From an uncultured Polynucleobacter sp. (GTDB lineage: Bacteria; Pseudomonadota; Gammaproteobacteria; Burkholderiales; Burkholderiaceae), in NCBI GenBank assembly GCA_964621735.1, contig CAZUMD010000001.1, positions 1 through 34,591 of the forward strand: a stretch of 34,591 bases of DNA, given 5' to 3'. The position numbers and the translations under genes were made by a program. Shown piece by piece: positions 10,392 to 19,098 of the stretch (the stretch's first letter is position 1; each line of letters opens with the position of its first letter). The notes under the pieces were generated by a model. It made no database searches and was not told the origin of the DNA. It saw only the letters and a list, made by a program, of their open reading frames with translations.

Positions 10392-10916
10392 ATGAGCGAG
10401 CAAACAGCATCCCCAAAAGACGGAGCCAGCGAGGCGGTAGAGCCGAGCTTTAATATTCAACGCATTTACCTGAAGGACCTATCACTAGAGCAACCCAATG
10501 CGCCTGCTATTTTGTTGGTTCAGGAAGAGCCACAGATTCAGGTGGAGATTGATGTAAGCGTCGATCCATTGGCTGAAGGTATTTTTGAGGTGGCTTTGAT
10601 TTCAACGTTAACCGCACGCGTTGATGGCAAGGTTCTATTCTTGGTTGAAGCAAAGCAAGCCGGTATTTTTCACTTCGTTCTGATTCCACCAGAGCAGGTT
10701 GATCCCATGCTCGGCGTAAGCTGCCCAACCATTTTGTTCCCGTATTTGCGTTCCAATGTGGCCGATATCGTGAGCCGTGCGGGTTTTCAACCGATCCACC
10801 TGACTGAAATTAATTTCCACAGCCTATATCAGCAGCGCTTATTACAGGCTCAAGGCTCTGCTGGAGGCGATGGCAATGAATCGACTCAGGAAAGCAAAAT
10901 CATTTTGCCTAACTAA
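10392..10916 (+). CDS. secB: Protein-export chaperone SecB
   Basis: [16 protein letters not shown] and [10 protein letters not shown]; start ATG 10392. Confidence 0.95.
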   Translation: MSEQTASPKDGASEAVEPSFNIQRIYLKDLSLEQPNAPAILLVQEEPQIQVEIDVSVDPLAEGIFEVALISTLTARVDGKVLFLVEAKQAGIFHFVLIPPEQVDPMLGVSCPTILFPYLRSNVADIVSRAGFQPIHLTEINFHSLYQQRLLQAQGSAGGDGNESTQESKIILPN

Positions 10917-10937
10917 ACGCCGGACGAGTCACGCACG

Positions 10938-11960
10938 ATGAATGTGACACTACTGGGGGCGGGTGCATGGGGCACAGCCATGGCAGCGCAAGCAGCGCAG
11001 CATTTGCCTCCAGGTTCAGTCCGGCTTTGGGCGCGCAGTTCTGAGCAAGTAAAGGCAATGCAGGCGGGGCATCAGAATCAGCGCTACCTTCCGGACATTA
11101 CCTTGCCAACTGCATTGCAGGTGGAGTCTGATTTAAAGCACACATTAGGCCTCTTGCGTCCAAGCGATTTGCTGGTGATCGCTACGCCCATGTCCGGCCT
11201 GTCCGAGACCATTGCTTGCGTTTTACAGCAAGCGGCGCACCCCCTCAATATCGTGTGGTTGTGCAAGGGCTTAGAACCAATTACGGCACTCCTGCCGCAT
11301 CAAGTCGTTGAACGAGAATTAGCTAAGCACGGTCGCGGCATTGCACATGCGGTCGGAGTTGTGTCAGGCCCTAGCTTTGCTGATGAGGTGGCACGGGGTC
11401 TGCCATGTGCGTTAACGGTGGCCAGCAAATCAACCGCATTGTGTCAAGTCGTTCAGGCCGCTTTTCATCATGGCAATATGCGCATTTATGCCAGCGATGA
11501 TTTGATTGGTGTCGAGCTTGGCGGGGCTGTAAAAAATATTATGGCGATTGCGGCTGGTATCGGTGATGGCCTCGGCTTAGGCCTTAATGCACGGGCCGCG
11601 GTATTAACTCGTGGCCTTGCAGAAATGATGCGGCTAGTGAAGGCTGCTGGAGGAAGGCCAGAGACCTGCATGGGATTAACAGGCGTGGGCGATCTGATTT
11701 TGACTGCAACGGGTGATTTATCACGCAATCGTCGCGTCGGTTTATTGCTGGCTGAAGGACAATCGCTGCAAACCGTATTACATAATTTAGGTCATGTCGC
11801 CGAGGGCGTTTTGTGTGCGGCCGCAGTAGCTGATTTAGCAAAGCGCCTCAATGTGGATATGCCGATTACTAGCAATATGTGCGATGTTCTTTCGGGGCAG
11901 ATTACCGCGCACCAGGCAGTACAAAAACTGATGGGCCGCGAGCCAAAGCCAGAACATTAA
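10938..11960 (+). CDS. gpsA: NAD(P)H-dependent glycerol-3-phosphate dehydrogenase
   Basis: GAGAWGTA, SGPSFA, GVELGGAVKN and GDLILTATGDLSRN. Confidence 0.96.
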   Translation: MNVTLLGAGAWGTAMAAQAAQHLPPGSVRLWARSSEQVKAMQAGHQNQRYLPDITLPTALQVESDLKHTLGLLRPSDLLVIATPMSGLSETIACVLQQAAHPLNIVWLCKGLEPITALLPHQVVERELAKHGRGIAHAVGVVSGPSFADEVARGLPCALTVASKSTALCQVVQAAFHHGNMRIYASDDLIGVELGGAVKNIMAIAAGIGDGLGLGLNARAAVLTRGLAEMMRLVKAAGGRPETCMGLTGVGDLILTATGDLSRNRRVGLLLAEGQSLQTVLHNLGHVAEGVLCAAAVADLAKRLNVDMPITSNMCDVLSGQITAHQAVQKLMGREPKPEH

Positions 11961-11969
11961 ATGAGGTCT

Positions 11970-12440
11970 TTAGGCGCCGCCCGCAAAGTCATTTTGTCGC
12001 CAGGCCTCATATACCAAGATAGCGACGCTGTTGGATAAATTGAGGCTACGGCTGTTTTCCCGCATGGGTAGTCGAAGACGGTTTTGTAGAGGGATGGCAT
12101 TGCGTACTTCATCACTGATCCCTTTGGTTTCTGAACCAAAAACAAAATAGTCGTTTTCACTAAAGCGCGCGTCAGCAAAGTTTCCTTTTCCTTTGGTTGT
12201 GAGTGCAAATAAGCGCGTCGCATCTGGTTTGGCCTTGTCTATAAAGTCAGCCCAGTTTTTATAGACCAAAAGGTTGGCGAATTCATGGTAGTCCAGACCT
12301 GCTCTGCGCAATTTGGCATCTTCCAGCGGAAAACCCAAAGGTTCGATGAGGTGTAGCGTTGCTCCGGTGTTGGCGCACAAGCGAATGATATTGCCCGTGT
12401 TGGGCGGAATTTCAGGCTCAAATAAAACAACATTAAACAT
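11970..12440 (-). CDS. trmL: tRNA (cytidine/uridine34-2'-O)-methyltransferase TrmL
   Basis: MFNVVLFEPEIPPNTGNIIR, RAGLDY, FGSETKG and RSLNLSNS (SPOUT fold); start 12440. Confidence 0.94.
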   Translation of the reverse strand: MFNVVLFEPEIPPNTGNIIRLCANTGATLHLIEPLGFPLEDAKLRRAGLDYHEFANLLVYKNWADFIDKAKPDATRLFALTTKGKGNFADARFSENDYFVFGSETKGISDEVRNAIPLQNRLRLPMRENSRSLNLSNSVAILVYEAWRQNDFAGGA

Positions 12441-12442
12441 CG

Positions 12443-13198
12443 CTATAGATCCTTTGAATGGATCCGTGTTTGGGGCCTCAAGGCACGCAATACAACCCAA
12501 TTCACAACGGAACGTGCCCCATTATCCTTCAGCAAGGTAGCGATCTCATGCAAAGTTGAGCCGGTGGTCATGACATCATCGAATACCACGATCGATTTAT
12601 TCTGAATTTTTGCTAATGCCTTCGGGTGAATGTAAAACGCATGACGTAATGCCGTCTGCCGATCGAGGCGATTGTGCCCCACTTGATTTGCGTCCGAGTG
12701 GTGTCGCCCCAAGGCATTGGCAATTGGCTCAATTGAAGGCGGTAATCGAATGCGCCTGGCTATTTCCCAGGATTGGTTAAAGCCGCGGCGATTGAGTTTT
12801 TGGGTGCTGAGCGGCACAGGCAATAATACGGCCGCTTTGGAGGTATCTAGATGCGGCATTGCTAGAAGGTTCCATGTAAAGGCAAAGGCGTCGGCAATGG
12901 CCAGGCGTCGCTGGTATTTGAGCTGATGCATTGCATGTTGTAAGACGCCATCGTAGCGATCAAGGCAATGCGTTCGATCAAATGCCGGCGCTTGCAAAAG
13001 GCAGTTGCTGCATTGCTTTTGTTTGGTGTTATGGCTATCAAGGTCAACGCCGCAGCGGATGCAGCAGGGGTAATGAAAGAGGGATTGGTTTTCTAAAAAA
13101 GCGAAGCAAGCAGGGCACACCATTTCGGTTTGATGGCGGGTGCACACGATGCATGCGGTGGGTAATAAATGCTGAAAGAGGCTGTGTAAAAAATGCAT
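12443..13198 (-). CDS. comF: ComF family protein (double zinc ribbon plus PRTase domain)
   Basis: Four CxxC, LLPVPL, RGFNQS and VFDDVMTTGSTL; start likely ATG 13198. Confidence 0.88.
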   Translation of the reverse strand: MHFLHSLFQHLLPTACIVCTRHQTEMVCPACFAFLENQSLFHYPCCIRCGVDLDSHNTKQKQCSNCLLQAPAFDRTHCLDRYDGVLQHAMHQLKYQRRLAIADAFAFTWNLLAMPHLDTSKAAVLLPVPLSTQKLNRRGFNQSWEIARRIRLPPSIEPIANALGRHHSDANQVGHNRLDRQTALRHAFYIHPKALAKIQNKSIVVFDDVMTTGSTLHEIATLLKDNGARSVVNWVVLRALRPQTRIHSKDL

Positions 13199-13207
13199 GG
13201 GGCGCTG

Positions 13208-13215
13208 AGTATACT
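13208..13215. promoter_or_regulatory. Palindromic bidirectional -10 (AGTATACT) between comF and the methyltransferase
   Basis: TATACT on both strands; 6 nt to ATG 13222 and 9 nt to ATG 13198. Confidence 0.55.
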
Positions 13216-13221
13216 GAGCGC

Positions 13222-14031
13222 ATGACCCGATCATTAAGATGGCTTAAAGACGATATTGCCTTGCGCATGATGCAAAAGCTGGAGCTGCTCAAACATGAGC
13301 CGCGCTCACTCTTGATCATTCCGGACGCACCTGGAATACACGCCAATCGCTTGGCCAAGCGTTTTCCAAAAGCAGCACTCTCAAGCGTTCTTGATTCAGA
13401 TCTTAGCTGGGCCGATACGACAAAAATGAAGTTAGCTCGAACCTGCGGCTTTATTGCCAAGGGCGTATCGCGCTTTCCAACCATGCGCGAGGGCAGACTT
13501 GCTCTTGCCGACCAATCGCAAGACATGGTGTTTAGTAATTTATGGATTCACTCTTTAGATCAACCTAAATGGGTTATTCAGGAAGCGTGGCGGGTCTTGC
13601 GCGAGGGCGGTTTATTTTCCTTCAGCTATCTTGGTCCGGATACCGGCAAAGAGTTACGTACATTGCAATGCAATGCGATGGATGGCTCTCCATTAGTGGC
13701 TCTGCCTGGGGCATGGGATATGCACGATTTGGGGGATGCGCTGGTGGAAAGCCGATTCTCCGATCCAGTAATGGACATGGAGTACCTCTACCTGGAATAC
13801 GAATCCGATGCCCTTTACCTTCAGGATGCCCTCGCCCTTGGACTCCTGTCAGCGCAGCAAGCACAGGTAATTTCTGCAGACAAAACCGTGAAATTACCCC
13901 AAAAAATGACGCTTGAAGTGGTGTATGGACATGCTTGGGTGGTGGGTAAACACCTGTCTGCAACAAAGGACGCCTTAGCCTTTATTTCGCCCGATCAAAT
14001 TAAACGTAAGAATGGGCGAGATCTTAAATAA
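13222..14031 (+). CDS. BioC-like methyltransferase-domain protein
   Basis: DMVFSNL, RVLREGGLFSFSYLGPDT, DMHDLGDALV..FSDPVMDME and EVVYGHAW; divergent from comF. Start ATG 13222. Confidence 0.8.
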   Translation: MTRSLRWLKDDIALRMMQKLELLKHEPRSLLIIPDAPGIHANRLAKRFPKAALSSVLDSDLSWADTTKMKLARTCGFIAKGVSRFPTMREGRLALADQSQDMVFSNLWIHSLDQPKWVIQEAWRVLREGGLFSFSYLGPDTGKELRTLQCNAMDGSPLVALPGAWDMHDLGDALVESRFSDPVMDMEYLYLEYESDALYLQDALALGLLSAQQAQVISADKTVKLPQKMTLEVVYGHAWVVGKHLSATKDALAFISPDQIKRKNGRDLK

Positions 14032-14094
14032 GAGTAAGTACTTACTTTATTATTAAGTAATACCACTATTGAGCCCCATCAGCGCATATCTAAA

Positions 14095-14123
14095 TTGTTG
14101 ATTAAGATAAGAAACCCTATAAT
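14095..14123 (+). promoter_or_regulatory. Putative sigma70 promoter of the cox operon
   Basis: TTGTTG (14095-14100)-N17-TATAAT (14118-14123) in an AT-rich intergenic region. Confidence 0.5.
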
Positions 14124-14212
14124 TACGCATCAATATGTAAAGCCAGCTTGATTTTGCCGTATTTATGCGTGGCGATGCATTTAAAAAATTACGATTATTA
14201 ATAGAGATAAAG

Positions 14213-15367
14213 ATGAATTTACTTGGAAACGCCATGAGAGCGCTGCTCTTAACCCTTGCCTCAATGAGTACCGGAGCGGTATTTGCGAATCAAGATATGC
14301 CAGGCGGACCCGCAGTAAATCAACTCAATTTCCCCGTAGCAGCAACCAAAATCATGGCCGAAATTCATTGGCTGCATTGGATGATGCTTGTTATCTGTAC
14401 GGTGATTTTCATAGGCGTGTTTGGGGTGATGTTCTATTCCATTCTCAAGCACCGCAAATCAAAAGGCGCCAAGTCGGCCTCCTTTCATGAAAGCACGACA
14501 GTAGAAGTTATCTGGACAGTCATTCCTCTGCTGATTGTTATTGGCATGGCGTTGCCAGCGACCAAAACGGTGGTGGCTATGAAAGACACCACCAACGCAG
14601 ACATCACCATCAAAACCACGGGCTATCAGTGGAAATGGGGATACGACTACCTTAAAGGTGAAGGCGAAGGCATTAGCTTTTTATCTACCCTATCGACCAC
14701 GCGCGAGTCCATCAATAACTTAGCACCCAAATCAAATACGTATTTGATGGAAGTGGATAACGAGATGGTGGTGCCGGTCAATAAAAAGATCCGCATGATC
14801 ACTACAGCCAATGACGTAATCCATGCATGGTCAGTACAAGCCTTCGGAGTTAAGCAGGACGCCATCCCTGGATTTGTGCGCGATACCTGGTTTAAAGCAG
14901 AAAAGATTGGCACCTATCGTGGTCAGTGTTCCGAGCTTTGCGGTGCCCAGCATGCCTTTATGCCCATCGTTGTTCGCGTTGTATCCGATGAGGATTACAG
15001 CAAGTGGGTAGAAGAAAAGAAAAAAGAAATGGCTGCATTAGCAGATGATCCAAGCAAGGTATATACCTTGGCAGAGCAAATGGACCGGGGCGCAAAAGTA
15101 TATGCAGCCAACTGCGCAGCATGCCATCAGCCAAATGGTAAAGGTGCGGGATCATTCCCTGCCTTAGATGGCAGTAAGGTTGTCTTGGGACCCAAAGAGG
15201 CCAACTTCCAAATCATGCTCAACGGTAAAGGCGCTATGCCCAAATGGGGCGGCGTGATTTCAGACGGCGACATTGCGGCAGTGATTACCTATACACGCAA
15301 TGCGTGGGGCAATAAAACAGGCGATGTGTATCAAACGCCTGACCTCATGGCAGCACGGACTAAATAA
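14213..15367 (+). CDS. coxB: Cytochrome c oxidase subunit II with C-terminal cytochrome c domain
   Basis: GYQWKW, DVIHAW, CuA motif CSELCGAQHAFM, heme c CAACH and AMP; start ATG 14213. Confidence 0.95.
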   Translation: MNLLGNAMRALLLTLASMSTGAVFANQDMPGGPAVNQLNFPVAATKIMAEIHWLHWMMLVICTVIFIGVFGVMFYSILKHRKSKGAKSASFHESTTVEVIWTVIPLLIVIGMALPATKTVVAMKDTTNADITIKTTGYQWKWGYDYLKGEGEGISFLSTLSTTRESINNLAPKSNTYLMEVDNEMVVPVNKKIRMITTANDVIHAWSVQAFGVKQDAIPGFVRDTWFKAEKIGTYRGQCSELCGAQHAFMPIVVRVVSDEDYSKWVEEKKKEMAALADDPSKVYTLAEQMDRGAKVYAANCAACHQPNGKGAGSFPALDGSKVVLGPKEANFQIMLNGKGAMPKWGGVISDGDIAAVITYTRNAWGNKTGDVYQTPDLMAARTK

Positions 15368-15400
15368 CAACTTAATTAAAAAACCATCTCGGAGCAACTC

Positions 15401-16990
15401 ATGAGCACAGTCTCTACTACCCACGATATCGCACACGATCACGCGCACGACCATGCGCATGACACGCCACATGGATGGCGTCGGTGGTTATTTGCAACCA
15501 ACCACAAAGACATTGGAACGATGTACCTCATCTTCTCCTTTACCAGCTTGCTGGCTGGTGGCGTTATGGCACTGGGTATTCGTTTGGAGTTGTTTCAGCC
15601 TGGTTTGCAATACCTACGCCCCGAGTTCTTTAACCAGTTAACGACCATGCATGGCTTAGTGATGGTGTTTGGCGCCATCATGCCAGCCTTCGTAGGTTTT
15701 GCAAACTGGATGATTCCATTGCAGATCGGCGCATCCGATATGGCCTTTGCGCGGATGAATAACTTTAGTTTCTGGATTTTGCCCGTAGCAGCTATCTTGT
15801 TGTTTGGTTCATTTTTAGCTCCCGGTGGTGCACCAGCAGGTGGCTGGACTTTGTATGCTCCGCTAACTTTGCAGATGGGTCCCGGCATGGATATGGCGAT
15901 TTTCGCCCTTCACTTACTCGGCGCCTCTTCCATCATGGGCTCGATTAACATCATTGTGACCATCTTGAACATGCGCGCGCCTGGCATGACCCTAATGAAG
16001 ATGCCCATGTTTGCCTGGACATGGTTGATCACAGCCTACTTGTTAATCGCAGTGATGCCGGTATTAGCAGGAGCGATTACGATGGTTCTAACCGATCGCC
16101 ACTTTGGCACCTCGTTCTTCTCCGCTGTTGGCGGTGGTGATCCTGTGATGTACCAGCATATTTTCTGGTTCTTTGGTCACCCAGAGGTCTACATCATGAT
16201 TCTTCCAGCATTTGGAATTATTAGTGAAGTGATCCCTGCCTTCTCCAGAAAGACCTTATTCGGTTACAGCTCGATGGTGTACGCTACCGCGTCGATTGCG
16301 ATTCTGTCGTTCATCGTATGGGCGCACCACATGTTTGCGACCGGCATGCCAGTGACTGGTCAGTTGTTCTTCATGTATGCAACCATGCTGATTGCGGTTC
16401 CGACCGGCGTCAAAATCTTTAACTGGATTGCAACCATGTGGAGGGGTTCGATGACATTCGAGACTCCTATGTTGTGGTCCGTTGGCTTTATCTTCGTATT
16501 TACAGGCCTGATTCTGGCAATAGCCCCAATTGATATTGGCGTACAAGACACCTACTATGTGGTAGCCCACTTCCATTATGTGTTGGTAGCCGGCTCCCTC
16601 TTTGCTATGTTTGCTGGTTTTTACTTCTGGTGTCCAAAATGGACTGGCTACATGGCCGATGAGTTCCGCGGCAAAGTGCATTTCTGGGGTTCGATGATTT
16701 TCTTCAACCTCACCTTCTTCCCAATGCACTTCTTGGGCCTTGCAGGTATGCCACGCCGTTATGCCGATTACCCAACGCAGTTTGCTGACTTCAACATGAT
16801 TGCATCGATTGGCGGTCTCGGGTTTGGCTTAATGCAGGTTTATTTCCTCTTGTTTGTGGTGATGCCTGCCTACCGTGGTCACGGCATCAAAGCATCGGAC
16901 AACCCATGGGATGGCGCTAAGGGTCTGGAGTGGACTTTGCCTTCACCAGCACCACACCACACCTTTGAAACACCTCCTAAGGTCAGTTAA
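15401..16990 (+). CDS. coxA: Cytochrome c oxidase subunit I (A1 type), with an apparent 5-aa deletion in helix IX
   Basis: TNHKDIG, TMHG, GHPEVY, VWAHHM, AHFHY and GMPRRY; GGAG SD. Confidence 0.97.
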   Translation: MSTVSTTHDIAHDHAHDHAHDTPHGWRRWLFATNHKDIGTMYLIFSFTSLLAGGVMALGIRLELFQPGLQYLRPEFFNQLTTMHGLVMVFGAIMPAFVGFANWMIPLQIGASDMAFARMNNFSFWILPVAAILLFGSFLAPGGAPAGGWTLYAPLTLQMGPGMDMAIFALHLLGASSIMGSINIIVTILNMRAPGMTLMKMPMFAWTWLITAYLLIAVMPVLAGAITMVLTDRHFGTSFFSAVGGGDPVMYQHIFWFFGHPEVYIMILPAFGIISEVIPAFSRKTLFGYSSMVYATASIAILSFIVWAHHMFATGMPVTGQLFFMYATMLIAVPTGVKIFNWIATMWRGSMTFETPMLWSVGFIFVFTGLILAIAPIDIGVQDTYYVVAHFHYVLVAGSLFAMFAGFYFWCPKWTGYMADEFRGKVHFWGSMIFFNLTFFPMHFLGLAGMPRRYADYPTQFADFNMIASIGGLGFGLMQVYFLLFVVMPAYRGHGIKASDNPWDGAKGLEWTLPSPAPHHTFETPPKVS

Positions 16991-17019
16991 TTACTACCGT
17001 GCCCCAGGAAACCAAGGAT

Positions 17020-17130
17020 ATGTATAAATTAGCTCAGGCAGCGCGTAATCGCCGCTTGGGTCTGATTATGCTCAGCGTTGCCTTTGTTTTCTTTATGGGC
17101 ATTGTGATGAAACGGGTGATGTTGGGCTAA
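17020..17130 (+). CDS. Small single-TM cytochrome oxidase assembly protein (36 aa; not in ORF track)
   Basis: MYKLAQAARNRRLGLIMLSVAFVFFMGIVMKRVMLG: RNRRLG followed by a TM helix between coxA and ctaG. An in-frame GTG at 16999 is an alternative start. Confidence 0.75.
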   Translation: MYKLAQAARNRRLGLIMLSVAFVFFMGIVMKRVMLG

Positions 17131-17143
17131 AGCCCAAAAAATT

Positions 17144-17740
17144 ATGGCCAATATCAAAACCATCAATCGTCAAATTTTGCTGAAGCTATTGCTAGCTTCT
17201 ATATTGATGTTTGGTTTTGGCTATGCTCTAGTACCACTCTACAAAGCACTGTGTGAAGTCACTGGCATCAATGTCGTGACCAATAAAAATAACTATGGTG
17301 TGCGCGCTCATGGGGCAACCAAACCAGAAAATACCCAAGTAGACTATTCGCGTACAGTCACCATTGAGTTTGACTCCAATAGCCGGGGCCCGTTTTCATT
17401 TAAGCCAGTCAAGAATTACCTCGAGGTACACCCGGGTGAAATGGCAGAGATTGTTTACAAGGTTTCGAATAATCTGAATCGATCCGTTGAGGCGCAAGCC
17501 ATACCGAGTTATGCACCCAAAGCTGCTACTGAATTCTTTACGAAGTTGGAGTGCTTCTGTTTTCAGCAGCAAACCCTCGATTCGCATCAAATGCGCGATA
17601 TGCCGGTGGTTTTTGTGATCGACCCCAATTTACCCAAAGACGTGAAAACAATTACCCTGTCCTATACTTTTTTTGAGCTGGGTGTGGGCATAAAGCCAGC
17701 TGGATCAAGTACGCCGCAATCAGTGAAGACTGCCTTATGA
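17144..17740 (+). CDS. ctaG: Cytochrome c oxidase assembly protein CtaG/Cox11
   Basis: FGYALVPLYKALCEVTG and copper-binding KLECFCF. Confidence 0.94.
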   Translation: MANIKTINRQILLKLLLASILMFGFGYALVPLYKALCEVTGINVVTNKNNYGVRAHGATKPENTQVDYSRTVTIEFDSNSRGPFSFKPVKNYLEVHPGEMAEIVYKVSNNLNRSVEAQAIPSYAPKAATEFFTKLECFCFQQQTLDSHQMRDMPVVFVIDPNLPKDVKTITLSYTFFELGVGIKPAGSSTPQSVKTAL

Positions 17741-17931
17741 AAAAGCAAAGCAGTTTTCTGCAGTCGATGAAGGCAGTGATGTGGGGATTTTTGGGAGTGC
17801 GTAAGCAGTCAGGTTTACAAGATGATGCGGCCAGCTTGAGTTTTGTGCACATCATCCTTGCTGGGATTTTGGGGGCAGTTGTTTTTATGGCTGTCTTATT
17901 GTTAATTGTAAGAATGGTTGTATCAAGTTAA
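17737..17931 (+). CDS. Small membrane protein, DUF2970-like
   Basis: KAVMWGFLGVRK followed by a TM helix; ATGA overlap with ctaG; usual position before coxC. Confidence 0.78.
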   Translation: MKKQSSFLQSMKAVMWGFLGVRKQSGLQDDAASLSFVHIILAGILGAVVFMAVLLLIVRMVVSS

Positions 17932-17961
17932 TACTAATTTCGAGTAAATAGAGAGAACACA

Positions 17962-18816
17962 ATGTCGTCTAATTCAACCCCATACTATTTCGTTCCTAGT
18001 TTATCCAGACACCCCGCGATGGCTAGCATTTGCCTATTGGGTTTTGGAAGCGGCATGACTGGCTGGGTGAACGGCTATTCATGGGGCGCCCCACTAACGA
18101 TTGCTAGTGTTGTGTGTATCCTATTTGTGCTTTACAAATGGTTCGGCGATGCCATCTCCGAGTCCAATTCAGGTAAAAACAGCATTAACGTCGATGTGTC
18201 GTATCGCTGGTCGATGAGCTGGTTTATTTTCTCGGAGATTATGTTTTTTGCGGCCTTCTTCTCCGCATTGTTTTATGCCCGCAGCATCTCCATGCCTTGG
18301 CTTGGCGATATTGAAAGTAAATTACTCTGGCCTACCTTTACAGCGGTGTGGCCGAACGACGGCCCTGCCGGCTTAGTAGACCAGTTTTCAACCATTGGCC
18401 CATGGCCGATTCCAACGATTAATACCTTGCTCTTGTTGAGTTCGGGCGTAACGGTTACCTGGGCGCACCACGCCATTCGTGAGAACAATCAAAAGCATGC
18501 TGTATGGGGCCTCGCAGCAACGGTATTTTTGGGTGCGATATTCTTGGGCTTTCAGGTCTATGAGTACATGCATGCCTACAACGACTTAAACCTAAAACTA
18601 ACTTCGGGCGTTTACGGTTCAACCTTCTTTATGTTGACGGGATTCCATGGATTTCATGTCTTCTTAGGCGCATTGATGTTGGCTGTGGTCTTGCGCAGAG
18701 CTATTCGCGGCGACTTTACTGCGGACAACCACTTTGCCTTTGAAGGTGCATCCTGGTATTGGCACTTTGTTGACGTCGTTTGGCTTGGACTCTACGTCGT
18801 TATCTACTGGATGTAA
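17962..18816 (+). CDS. coxC: Cytochrome c oxidase subunit III
   Basis: WFIFSEIMFF, NTLLLLSSG, TGFHGFHV and WYWHFVDVVW. Confidence 0.96.
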   Translation: MSSNSTPYYFVPSLSRHPAMASICLLGFGSGMTGWVNGYSWGAPLTIASVVCILFVLYKWFGDAISESNSGKNSINVDVSYRWSMSWFIFSEIMFFAAFFSALFYARSISMPWLGDIESKLLWPTFTAVWPNDGPAGLVDQFSTIGPWPIPTINTLLLLSSGVTVTWAHHAIRENNQKHAVWGLAATVFLGAIFLGFQVYEYMHAYNDLNLKLTSGVYGSTFFMLTGFHGFHVFLGALMLAVVLRRAIRGDFTADNHFAFEGASWYWHFVDVVWLGLYVVIYWM

Positions 18817-18860
18817 GCGCTGGATGAGCTAGCCAGCAATGGCGAGTTCAATCGACGACG

Positions 18861-18889
18861 AAATCGGCCAAGTTTATTGGCCGATTTTG
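18861..18889. terminator. Hairpin between convergent coxC and the twin-TM gene
   Basis: AAATCGGCCAA-gttta-TTGGCCGATTT, an 11-bp stem whose loop holds the stop of the opposite gene. Confidence 0.6.
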
Positions 18890-19083
18890 ATTCCGGTGGG
18901 CTGGATATAGCCTAAAGAATAAGCAAGCCAAATGCCCAGGAAAAGAGCAATCGATAGGCCGATGCGTAGCATGAGTGAATGAACCATCCGAGAGCTATTG
19001 CCTTTGTCTTTCATCATGTAATACAAAGCCGAGCCAAGGCTCGCAATAATTAGTAAAAGGGCAACAGGCATGATCCATTTCAT
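18874..19083 (-). CDS. Twin-transmembrane-helix small protein (DUF2909/HIG1-like)
   Basis: SLGSALYYMMKDKG..RMVHSLMLRIGLS..GYIQPTG; two TM helices; typical cox-cluster position. Confidence 0.85.
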   Translation of the reverse strand: MKWIMPVALLLIIASLGSALYYMMKDKGNSSRMVHSLMLRIGLSIALFLGIWLAYSLGYIQPTGIKIGQ

Positions 19084-19098
19084 AAGCGAATCCTACCA

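Noticed and set aside
12931-13221. 97-aa N-terminal extension of the methyltransferase ORF
   Set aside because: Antisense to comF and not protein-like; a -10 box supports ATG 13222.
14097-14160. FNR box upstream of coxB
   Set aside because: Only TTGAT or ATCAA half-sites; no TTGAT-N4-ATCAA pair.
15060-15367. Cytochrome c domain fused to CoxB as a novelty
   Set aside because: A well-known architecture in Burkholderiales and other bacteria.
16541-16560. QDTYY instead of HDTYY (Mg ligand) in CoxA
   Set aside because: As far as I recall this variant is common in betaproteobacterial oxidases, so it is not a lesion.
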